A stretch of DNA of 64,000 nt from Paraspadella gotoi. Its lineage: Eukaryota > Animalia > Chaetognatha. The position numbers were made by a program, and so were the translations under genes. The notes under the pieces were generated by a model. It was given only the letters and a program-made list of their open reading frames with translations, was not told where the DNA came from and did not search any database. Positions 13,931 to 24,642 of the stretch are shown one piece after another. The stretch spans positions 21,199,978 to 21,263,977 of the forward strand of contig CM119265.1 in assembly GCA_051294375.1 (NCBI GenBank), in the 5' to 3' direction. Within the stretch, counting starts at the first letter, position 1. Every line of letters begins with the position of its first letter.

Positions 13931-15369
13931 TGACTGAGAGACTGAGAAAGGAAGAAAAAAAGTTTATGTTCTTATCTTTTGCTTTTACTGGGATTTGAGA
14001 TTATTTCTCTAACAGAAACCATTTCTGTAACGCGCGATAGATTTCTTCTCGTGAAATCCGCCAGATATTCGCGAGAGGCGTTGCATGAACGGATTCGACT
14101 TCGGAGGAGACCAAGCAGAAAAAGAAATAAGATATGGAAAATGGGAAATGGAAGAAAAGGAGGAGATGAATGAAGGGTTAAGCGTATGAAAGGTTGAGAG
14201 GGAAAGTTGACGGGGAAAAGAGAACAATCATTTAAAGAAATAAAAGAGAATGAAAGAAAAGCTACGGCAAAGCGAACAAAGGAATGTAAAAAGGCACAGC
14301 GAGAGTGAGATACCCATAAAACGGCAGTAAGCCCTCGTTCTACAGTTTTTTTTCTCAGAAACAAAGATGGCCGCCGCGCGGCGACTCTAGCGCCACCAAT
14401 TTCTTCTCTCCTCCGCCGGAGANNNNNNNNNNNNNNNNNNTCTCCCTCCCTCAGTATTTTCTATCTTTTCTCTATTTTCAGTCTGGGTTTCAAAGGTCAA
14501 AAAGAGAAAGAAAGAAAGACGAAAAAAAGGAAGGAAAAAAAAGGAGATCAAGCGGAAAAGAAAAGAGAAGGAGGAAATCTTGATTCTTGGCGAAAGATAA
14601 CCCGAGAATGGAAACCGAAACGCGTGGGAGAAACAGAAAGTGAGAAATGCTATGGGGAAGGAAAACGAGTAAATAGTTCAATGTTTATGACAAAAGAATT
14701 AAACGAACGGAGAACATTGCGTTTAATGACAATACGGATGATAATAATGACGAAGACGAAAGCAAGAAATGTTGCATGTTTAAAAATATTTTTTCTCAAG
14801 CTTTGCTACAGGTATATCTCAGGGATTGAAATGGAAATTTCAAAAACTGTAGTGAGTTCCTTTTCCGTCTCCATGGCATGATAGCTATAAACTGATATAT
14901 GTTCATTGTAACATTCTTCATATACACATATCAACGAAAGACAATATAATAAAATATAAAAAGAAAAGGTTTAAAACGAGGCTGAAAAAAAAAACAAATG
15001 ATCAATCCAGGTAATTCGCCACGACACCTTGTATCCACTCAAACCTTCGATCATATTTCCCCTTCGAAAGAGACGAATCCTTTTCCGAGGAGGCGGGAGA
15101 AGCAATCGTAAAAGAATTGACTCCCTCCCCGGAAAGATTTCAATATGGTAATGGGGGACGAGGTGATAAAAGGATTCTTGGGAAGCCTCTTGAGAAAAAA
15201 AGAGAGAGAGAGAAAAAGAGAAGAAAAAAAAACGAGAGACTCGAATATGCTAATGAGATTTTGGTCGTAACCCACTTTGTCTCGGACAGAGGTTAAGACT
15301 TTTTCCAAAGTCTCGCGTAAAAACATCGGAGACGACGTCGGGGGGGGATTTTCGAGCGAACAAAGTCTC

Positions 15370-15495
<126 letters not shown>

Positions 15496-15922
15496 GAGAG
15501 TTTTAGAGTTCCCTGCTCTCGGCGCTGTTCACTTATTCTTCTTCTTTTACTTCTTCGTCGTCGTTGACGTTCTTTTCCTCTTCCTTTTCTCCTTTAGCTT
15601 TTTATTTCTTTCTCTCCTTCTTTTTCTTCTTCTCGTGAAAAAAAAAAATTGATCGTTTCTCTTACCCGTTCGTTCGTTTCGGTCTTCCCGTCAATCTCTG
15701 TTCGTTTTCTATTCCTCTCCTACGCAAATCTTACATTCCCCCCCTCTTGACCTCCCCCATCCCCAGCCATACCTCCCCCCCCCTTTTTTTTAAAAAAAAA
15801 TCTTCAAATCCCCCACTGAGTCCAGATTTCTCTTATCTCACTTCGTGTTTTGGAATTTATTAGGAGTTTAATCTTTCTTCTCCTCCTCCCCAAAAACGTC
15901 GTCGTTCTCGTCGCCGTCGTTT

Positions 15923-15961
<39 letters not shown>

Positions 15962-16111
15962 TTTAGCGTTTTCGATTTGTCCTTCGCTTGTGTACATACT
16001 ATACATATTTACGGAAGAAGGAATAAACGGTAAGTTTGAGAAATTAATTTTCGATCTTTTAAGCAAATCTGGCTAAAAATCATAGGCGAAAGAATACGTT
16101 TGACAGATTGT

Positions 16112-16117
16112 TTTATT
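16112..16117 (-). promoter_or_regulatory. Candidate polyadenylation signal (AATAAA) of CAP paralog A
   Basis: tttatt on the + strand, about 170 nt downstream of the predicted stop at 16289. The hexamer is common in AT-rich DNA, so support is positional only. Confidence 0.35.
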
Positions 16118-16288
16118 TTCATACAGAATACAAATATTTCGTATCAAAAGAGAAAATATAGAAAAAGTGATGAAGGCATATTTTCATTGCGGCATCATAA
16201 CTGCCGTATCTTCGATTGGTGATCTCCTTTGCGGCATATTCCTTGCAACAATCTCTGGTCTGGATCTCCGGTCAGCCACTCATCGTCT

Positions 16289-18111
16289 TTAAAGGTCCGA
16301 CGCGAAACGGACAGTGGCGAAGATGAAACAAAAGGCCATCGGAAAGGGAGAAGGCTGGAAAAATTTTTGAAAAACTTTTTTTTAAAAGAGTGGACAGCTG
16401 TGATTTTTCTTTCCCGATAACCATGTGACTCCACAACAAGCATCTATGCTAATTTAAAGGCAAAATAACCAAATATTTCACAAAATATTCCGCATTAACG
16501 TTGCGATATAGTTCGGTAGGGTCAGTCTGCCAAGTATCAACTAAAATGGTTCAGTATTTTATGAATTTTACCGCCATGAATTTAATGTTGCGTGATGGAT
16601 TTTTTAGGTGATCACGAGACTGCACAAGTATGAAACATATGCAATGCACATGGAAGGTCTAAAAATATCATACCTTCCCACCAAATATGTATTTTATTGA
16701 TAAAGTTTGACCCGAGTTATAAGACCTTAAAATGTAAGTAAAACAGACCGACGGACAGACAGACATACCGACCGACCGACCGAGAAGTGACCTATAAACA
16801 ATAAACGGTTTCCATCTCATTAGCCAATATACATCTAAACCTGCAGAATGTTTTAACCTTTTCCAGCGTCGAAGAGATGGATTGAGAGATTTTAAGGTCG
16901 TCATCAATCGGGGCGTTGCAATCTGCGTCCATACTTTTTTTCCCGCTGCAATATGCATCAAAATCTTCGGACGAAATACTGAAGGGGCGGCGATCTTTAA
17001 ATTGAAAAAAAAAAAAAAAGATTAATCTTTGTAGTTACATTGGTCTAATGGTCTTCCAATAGAAAAAATAACACTCAGTTTTGTTTCCTTTTCTATTACT
17101 ACATCTTTCCATTTGCCAAGATAATTTTTTTTTCATTTCATCACGAGACCAAGCAAGCAACCAACCTCCCCCCCAGCTTTCCCTCTCCCCCCCCTGAGTA
17201 GCCTCGCCTCACCCGCAACATTTCCTCCCGGGAAATAGAAGCAGACGAGATAGTCTTTGCCTGCAGCATTCCCTTTGTTACAGGCCTTCTTGGAGCAGCC
17301 GACTGTCGTCGATTCATTCCAAACAACCTGCGTCCGTGAAAAATAGTTGTTGTTTTATTGTTGTTGTTGTTGTAATCCAATTTCAGGAAATGCGGGGGGT
17401 ATGAGTAAAGGGGTCATTTGCTGAAAGAGAATAGGTAGTTAGCAAAAAGCAGAAAGTCTCTCTTTGGTATTATTATAATTATTATCGAACAAATTTTATA
17501 ATTGAGGTGATGACATTAGGGTTAGTAGAATATTTAAAAGCGCAAACGTGCCAATTGTAATTCAAAACTAAAGAAAGCCCAAAGATTTGTAAATAATCGC
17601 CGCATCTGCCTCACCTGAGTGTAATGTCCGCACATTTTCCCTGGAGTGCACGTGTTGTAGCAGTAATTGTAATCTTTGACCTCAGACACCCAAGAGTCGA
17701 CAGCGAGTTTGGAGTCGTAAAAGCCAGTCGTTCCCATCCATAAGTTTTCGCCCACCCACCCTTGGATGCCGGTGACTTCCCTGATGAGAGTGCCATCTGT
17801 GTGACCGAAATGACACTTCTCGGCATAGAGTGCCGCCGCCTTCTCCAATTTATAGTTCCAGGTCATCTGGAAGAAATTGTACAAAAATTGTGAGGTTAAA
17901 AAAGGGATGGTTGATGGTTACTGGGTTATCTGATTCCGGGTTTACTCACTTTGGGCAGCTTAGCCACTGGGGGACAAGGCTTTACTGTTGCTCTGTGATG
18001 GTTGTGAGTGTCAAGAATGACCTGCTGATCGTCGGTCAAGCTTTGCTTTGACATTGCATTGGCGATGACTACAAAGAAGACCAATGAGACAACAAAACGA
18101 CCAAACGCCAT
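16289..18111 (-). CDS. CAP/SCP/TAPS-superfamily secreted protein, PR-1/GLIPR1/PI16-like, probably GPI-anchored (paralog A, 243 aa, 5 coding exons)
   Basis: Hand-spliced exons on the - strand: 18111-17950 (MAFGRFVVSLVFFVVIANA signal peptide...VILDTHNHHRATVKPCPPVAKLPK, donor gtgagt); 17866-17615 (MTWNYKLEKAAALYAEKCHFGH...GWVGENLWMG...VDSWVSEVKDYNYCYNTCTPGKMCGHYTQ, donor gtgagg); 17327-17213 (VVWNESTTVGCSKKACNKGNAAGKDYLVCFYFPGGNVA); 16994-16858 (DRRPFSISSEDFDAYCSGKKSMDADCNAPIDDDLKISQSISSTLEK); 16354-16289 (PSPFPMAFCFIFATVRFASDL*). All introns are GT-AG with compatible phases. The CAP motifs HN..R, GENL, W..E, GHYTQVVW and VC.Y.PGGN are present. The last exon has a weak donor (gttaaa) and is supported by equal length and similarity to the paralog's last exon. 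Confidence 0.9.
16600..16800. mobile_element. Short HINE/DINE-1-like fragment in the last intron of CAP paralog A
   Basis: gaccgacggacagacagac..accgaccgaccgaccgagaagtgacctata (16745-16795) resembles the microsatellite plus AAGTGA.TATA end of the element at 54840-55040. Confidence 0.4.
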
Positions 18112-18320
18112 CTTTCCTTGTCACTGAAGCGATTTTAAAAAAAATACACTGGAAAAAAAAATAGAAAAAGAAAATTAAAAAAGGAGATCGATAGAAAGGT
18201 GAAGTAACCCGGTTATTTAAAATCTTTTTCCCCCTGAAATAGGCTTTTGTCATCTTTGCTCGGTGTTGGATCCTTAAACCTAATGTCATTTCTGACCATA
18301 ATCCAATATCCATACCCTAC

Positions 18321-18408
<88 letters not shown>

Positions 18409-19251
18409 GAGAAAATAAGATTTATAAACTTGAAGACAACAACAAATTTGCAGTCGCAAACCTTAGTGTAGATTTTGCAAATGGTTTTAGTTGAAGTCAT
18501 CACGATCATCGTTTTTTATAATAATCATTTGCTGAATGACTAAATTTAATTTTTTTCTAAATATTTTTATTCATCTTCAATTAAAAATTTTTTTTTTTAA
18601 AAATTAGATCGTTGTTGTGGTAGAAAATTTAGCTTTGCAAATTGAAAATTGAAAGTTGAAAATTGCTCTTAAAGATGAAATTTACTTTATTAATTAGTCT
18701 TATCGGATTGGTGTAAAATAAATAATTTTGAAAATCATTTTGGTATTTACTTATGAAGCGGAAGTTTGCGGCAGTTCTCCCGAATATATCAAGTGCATTA
18801 TAAAATCAATCACTAAATTGAATAAGAATGATCATGTTTCCGCATGTTTCAATATAGTTTCTCAGCTAATTTTTGAAAACTCAGATACAGTAAAACTTTT
18901 TTCGAATAATTTTTAATTCACATCCATGCTAGATATTCAGTTATTTACATTTTTTTTTTAAATGGAATTGTATCATAAAGTGCCAAGAAAAAGTGAGTCA
19001 AAAATAAGGAAAACCCCTATACTACGATCGATCGTAGTGTTTGAGATACTGAGATCTGATCTCGCCTAATTAAATTTAAAAAAGAACTCGAGATTCGAAT
19101 CGAACTGTGTATTACTAATTTACTACTTCACCGATCGAACTATTTAATCTATTAGATAACATAATATTGACAGGATTCATTAATTGTGTGTTTAATAACA
19201 TCGATTTTCAAAACTTGATCGCGAAGGCTTTCAAATTCCCGCGCGCCATCT

Positions 19252-21418
19252 TTAAAAAACTCGAGCCACTCGGAAGAAAGCGAAGATCGAAACGGCGACC
19301 AACGAAATCGGATAAGTCTAAAGGAAAAAACAAAAAAAATATTCTAAGTCAAATCGGATCGCGTTATTTTTTTCCTTCATTCCAACCAAACATCCATCGA
19401 TCTGCCCATCCAAATCTCTCAATCAAACCATCCCTCATTACGAATCCATCCGTCCCTCTAGATATCCGGTCATCCCTTCCCAGTCCCCACTCCCCCCACC
19501 CCCCCCCTCGCTCACCATCGTGGAAAATAACTTTTGAGCTCCCGAGCCTTCTTCTGATTGTCCTCCTTCTCCGTCTTCTCCGCTTCCTTCTTCTCCTCCT
19601 CCTTCTCCATCTCCTACGTCTCCCTTATCTTCTCCAGATCCTTTTTCTCCATTTTTGCCTCCGCAAACTTTCTTTCTGGTCTCGGGCGAAATGTCATAGG
19701 GCGGCGGCGGCTCTTTAAAAAAAAAAAAAAAAATTGGATGCATTAAAGTTGACCTGAGATAACTATTTTTTTCATCTTGTTATGAAGGGAAAGGATCGAT
19801 TTTGGAATGTAATAATTAATTAATTAATTAATCTATTTATTTATTTATTTATTTATTTATTATTTAAACCTACGTGATAAAACATCGACCGTTGTCCAAA
19901 CTGATAACAGATATAGAAGACACATAATTCACAATTTCTAAACCTTTTTTTACCTCTCTCATTTTTTTATTTATTTTGAAACTGTTGCTGTCTTTCTATA
20001 ACTAGTTTCTTTTTCCTTCTCACTTTCACTTTCACTTTCACATTCGGTTCTTCCTGCTCTCTTTCAATCTAATGGTTGAATATGTACATAATCGTTTCTA
20101 TGACTCATTCTCTCACTGTCGACGTTGATTGCGATGTTGCCTCCCGGAAAATAAAAGCAGACGAAATAATCATTTCCCTTGGCGGCACCAGTTTTGCAGT
20201 CGGTCTTACCGCAGCCGACGGAAGTCGTTCCCGCCCACACCACCTGGCGGATGGAGATGGAAAGTGAACCGAGTCATTGGAAATAAGTGATCGAAAGGAA
20301 TGAATGAAAAGAGTGATGGAAAGGAATGAATGAAAAAAAAGAGTGATCAAAAGGAACGAATGTGAAGAGTGATCGAAAGAAATGAATGAAAAGAGCGATC
20401 AGAAATAATGAATGTGAAGAGTTATCGAAAGAAATGAATGAAAAGAGTGATCAAAAGGAATGTTTGAAAAGAGTGATCCAAAGAAATGAATGCGAAGAGT
20501 GATCGAAAGGAATGAGAGAAAAGAGCGATGGAAAGGAATGAATGAAAAGTGTGATCAGCGTCTACGAAATATGTCTTTTACACCATCGTTGACGTGGTAA
20601 CTAATTAGCGGGACATAGATGAATAACACAAGTAATAATACAATTTAAAAAAAAAAAGTCAAAATGACGATCCATCCCTCGACCTGCGTGTAGTGACCGC
20701 AAACGGCGGAACAGGAGTTGGAGCAGTAATCGTAGTCTTTGACCTCCGAGTTCCAAGCCGTGATGCCAGCCTTCCAGTCGGAAGATCCTGACGTCGCCAT
20801 GTAGAGATTCTCGCCCACCCAGCCCTCTAGATGGGGGAGGAGGAGGAGGAGGAGGAGGAGGTGGAGGGGGGGGAGGAGAAGTAGGGAGGGAGGGAAGGGT
20901 TTTGAGACTTAGCTGAGAGAGATTTGTCATTATGTCATTATGTCATTATGTCATTATGTCATTATGTCATTATGTTATGGCAAAGTCGACACTTACTTAT
21001 GCCGACGGTTTTCTCCACAAACTTCTTATCAACATTCGCCGCGTGTTCAAAGTTGCATTTCTTGGACCACTCGGTCGCCGCCTTCTCCAATTTATCGTTC
21101 CAGGTCAGCTGGTAAAGGGAAGTGAGTGAGTCTGAGAGAAAGAGAGACGGACGGACAATCATCGAAACGGATGCACAAACGTACAGACTTAGCGAGACTC
21201 TTTCGGAAAAGGAGAAACGGACAGAAGAACGGAAATGAAACTTGAGACATAACAAAAAAAAAGAAGGTCCAGACTTTTGGGATAGGCTTTGACGGTGGAC
21301 CCGGCTTGACGTTGGCCCTGAAGGAGTTGTGCGTCTTCAGAATAACCTCCTTGTCGTCTCCGTAGACGACGTTGACGACGACGATGAAGACGACGACGAC
21401 GAAACGAGACGGAGTCAT
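19252..21418 (-). CDS. CAP/SCP/TAPS-superfamily secreted protein with acidic Gly/Glu-rich stalk and GPI-like tail (paralog B, 262 aa, 6 coding exons)
   Basis: Exons on the - strand: 21418-21275 (MTPSRFVVVVFIVVVNVVYG signal...ILKTHNSFRANVKPGPPSKPIPK); 21108-20997 (LTWNDKLEKAATEWSKKCNFEH...KTVGI, donor gtaagt); 20826-20684 (KGWVGENLYMATSG...AWNSEVKDYDYCSNSCSAVCGHYTQ); 20243-20117 (VVWAGTTSVGCGKTDCKTGAAKGNDYFVCFYFPGGNIAINVD); 19712-19516 (KPPPPYDISPETRKKVCGGKNGEKGSGED...EEGSGED...EEGSGAQKLFSTM); 19317-19252 (TYPISLVAVSIFAFFRVARVF*). GT-AG introns, consistent phases, and collinear with paralog A. Confidence 0.92.
20284..20558 (+). repeat. 26-bp minisatellite (AGAGTGATCGAAAGGAATGAATG(A/T)(A/G)A)n inside intron 3 of CAP paralog B
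   Basis: About 10-11 units, period 26 (for example starts at 20366, 20392 and 20418). Confidence 0.9.
20925..20975 (+). repeat. Octamer repeat (TGTCATTA)n inside the B-specific intron
   Basis: About six tandem tgtcatta units; a (GGA)n run at 20835-20880 lies in the same intron. Confidence 0.9.
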
Positions 21419-23238
21419 TCTAAGACGAGAGATTTGACGCTCGTCCTTGAACTAATCTTAAATATATGAAAACGCGAATTCTCAGCTTTCAATTGAATTG
21501 ATCTTCGTTCATCTTTGTACATTTATTGTGGTATTGACATTATCCAATACACTTTTTACGCATTTATAATTACACAGTATTATCTTTCAAAAAGGATTAA
21601 AAACTTTTTTAGATATTAAAGCACGAGATATCTCTTTTAACGCTTTTAACTTGATGAATATGGGATAACGTCAAGACTTCGAATCAGATCGAAAAATCAT
21701 TTTTAAAATGGTAAAAAAATTTTGGCTAAGATTTGAATGTAAAGACTTGGCGTAACCATTGTTTTTTTGGCTTTATTTACGTAATTAATTTTAAAGGATG
21801 GTTTCTAAGAGCTCGACCTTATCTTTTTCCTCCTCCTCCTCCTCCTCTTCCGCCTCCTCACCCTTTTTCTAACTCACCCAGGGGGGTCGCGCGTTTATGC
21901 AAATGTAAATGACGGGAAATGATAAGATAGGGAAATCAGCGATAAAAAGCCAAAGGTGCGGATTCGAGTGTCGGCGATGTTCGCCTCTTTTTTTTTTTTT
22001 TTTTTTTTTGAACGACCGACCGACTAAAAAAAAAAAGGCCGACAAAAAGAAGCCGCATTTTGGAGAGTTGGAGAGAGAGGGAGACAGAGGGGCGAACTTG
22101 AATATATAGGGAGAGAATGCGATCAAAACAATAAAAGGAAGCTTTCTCCTTGCATTTATATCGATTTTGATATTGATTCTGTAGTTATTTTAATTTTTTT
22201 TTTTACCCTTTGTCTAGACTCTAGTTTCCCTATCGGTTTTTTTTCTTTCTTTTTAGATCATTTCTTTTTTTTTTCCTTTCTCCTTAATTCTTTCTTTTCT
22301 TCTCCTATCTTCGACAGGCTCGATTTTTTTTCTTTTACGGTTTGTGATCGTCAGTTGAGGTTCTCAACTACCAGAGTGAATGGAGAAGAGCAGAGAGGAG
22401 AGAGAGAGAGAGAGAGAGCGGAGAGAGAGAGAGAGAGAGTCGGCGAATGGAACGAAGGCAGAACTAATGCATTCCCTGGTAGAGAATCCAACAGAGGTGG
22501 TTTCGGGCGAAGGGGGAGGGGGGGTTAGTTTAATATCCTTTTTAGAATTATATAATATGAGGTAGTTAAAAATTACAACGGGATGAAGATTGTACTTTCC
22601 GAAGACCAGTTATAAGAGTATGGGGCAAGATAGCTTGTTTATTGAATTAACGGATAATTTGTATTGATTTTAATTTTATTTTACCACTAGACGTTCTTCC
22701 TCTCTCTCTCTCTCNNNNNNNNNNNNNNNNNNNNNNNNNNNNNNNNNNNNNNNNNNNNNNNNNNNNNNNNNNNNNNNNNNNNNNNNNNNNNNNNNNNNNN
22801 NNNNNNNNNNNNNNNNNNNNNNNNNNNNNNNNNNNNNNNNNNNNNNNNNNNNNNNNNNNNNNNNNNNNNNNNNNNNCTCTCTCTCTCTCTCTCGATAAAA
22901 AAAAATCCCGAACTCGTCGGCGGATTTTGTATGACACATGACATAATTTGACGTATGACAAAAAAGACATCAGGCTTTGAGCTCGATTCAGAAGCGAGAC
23001 TCGGAATGAGATTATCAATCTATCAGCTAAAGTCGTCGTCGTCGTCGTCGTCGTCGTCTATCACCAAACGTCATTTCCGGAGGGAATACGTCATCTTTTT
23101 CATTCCTTGATTCCTTCCTTCATTACATTCATGTCTTCGGCGGGTTATATAAGGTTATTCGTCGTCCTGGATGGTTAAAACGGCAAGCTGATTGCGGAAA
23201 AGAAGCATCACTGAATTAATATCGTGAAGAGAAGAGAT

Positions 23239-23287
<49 letters not shown>

Positions 23288-24642
23288 GAAAGAAGAGTTT
23301 TTTATTTCCGTTTTGCTTCATTTTAATCCTTTTTTGTCATATTGCGCAACGCACATTTCACTTTCCTTTTTTTTTTTTTTAAATTACTGGTTCGTAAATA
23401 CTGCACCACGCCCCATTCGAACACCGCCGCCCTACTCGGTTTTGACCCTTCGCGGCGCGATGATCGCCGAGACGACCCGGCGTTCGATCCCGCCCCTCTC
23501 CCCTTCTTCTTTAGACGTCCGCGACTCTAAATAAGGAGCCGCGGAAATGGATTGGCGTTGCTCCCGAGGGGGCGTCGCCCGCGAAGAGAGGGGGGGGAAG
23601 AGAGGGGTCGGAGACGGTGACGGGACCATTGAGAACTTACCCTCCCCCCCCTTCGCGTTCACTTCCCTCCGAGGGAAGTTCATCTATCCAACTCAATCAA
23701 ATTCCTCGTTGCCATCGAAGAACGACCCTTACCCCTTTCCCCGCCTTTACCTTCCCTTGATGCGCGCGGAAAATAGACCATCCACTCCACCCTGCAACTG
23801 TTTTCGATCTCCCAGTTGAACATTTTTCTCGTCTCTGATCTATTCGCATCTCGAGTCGTTCTTTAATATTTTCAATTATATTTACATGTTTTTTTATAAA
23901 TGTACCACTCCAATCCACGGTTTAATATTCCCTTCCTTTTCACACCCCTTCCTCAAATGATCATGCCTCACTCATACCACTCCCCTAAACTAAATTCCCC
24001 TTGTCCATCCCTCCACCCGGTCCCCCCCTACTCGCGCGGCCGTCGCGGCCCGGCCCACCGTCATATCCCGCCCGATTCGTGCCCGACGTCAAAAGGCAAT
24101 AAACTGTAATGAGAAAATGACATTAAAAAGAGGATGATTAAAACTCCGATTGTGGCGCGGANNNNNNNNNNNNNNNNNNNNNNNNNNNNNNNNNNNNNNN
24201 NNNNNNNNNNNNNNNNNNNNNNNNNNNNNNNNNNNNNNNNNNNNNNNNNNNNNNNNNNNNNNNNNNNNNNNNNNNNNNNNNNNNNNNNNNNNNNNNNNNN
24301 NNNNNNNNNNNNNNNNNNNNNNNNNNNNNNNNNNNNNNNNNNNNNNNNNNNNNNNNNNNNNNNNNNNNNNNNNNNNNNNNNNNNNNNNNNNNNNNNNNNN
24401 NNNNNNGAAAGAAGAGAAAGAAACAAAGAAAGAATAGAAATAAATTATAAAATGTAAAAGACAAAGACGAATGTGGCGCGTGACGATTTNNNNNNNNNNN
24501 NNNNNNNNNNNNNNNNNNNNNNNNNNNNNNNNNNNNNNNNNNNNNNNNNNNNNNNNNNNNNNNNNNNNNNNNNNNNNNNNNNNNNNNNNNNNNNNNNNNN
24601 NNNNNNNNNNNNNNNNNNNNNNNNNNNNNNNNNNNNNNNNNN

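Noticed and set aside
16195-16443. ORF ...LLPFRWPFVSS...KIRQL as the last exon of CAP paralog A (via donor tgcag|gtttag)
   Set aside because: The alternative frame PSPFPMAFCFIFATVRFASDL* has the same 66-nt length, phase and IFA..R.A pattern as paralog B's last exon, so it is preferred. It is not fully excluded without RNA data.
19167-19718. 183-aa + strand ORF with a Leu-rich stretch
   Set aside because: It is the antisense shadow of exons 5-6 of CAP paralog B.
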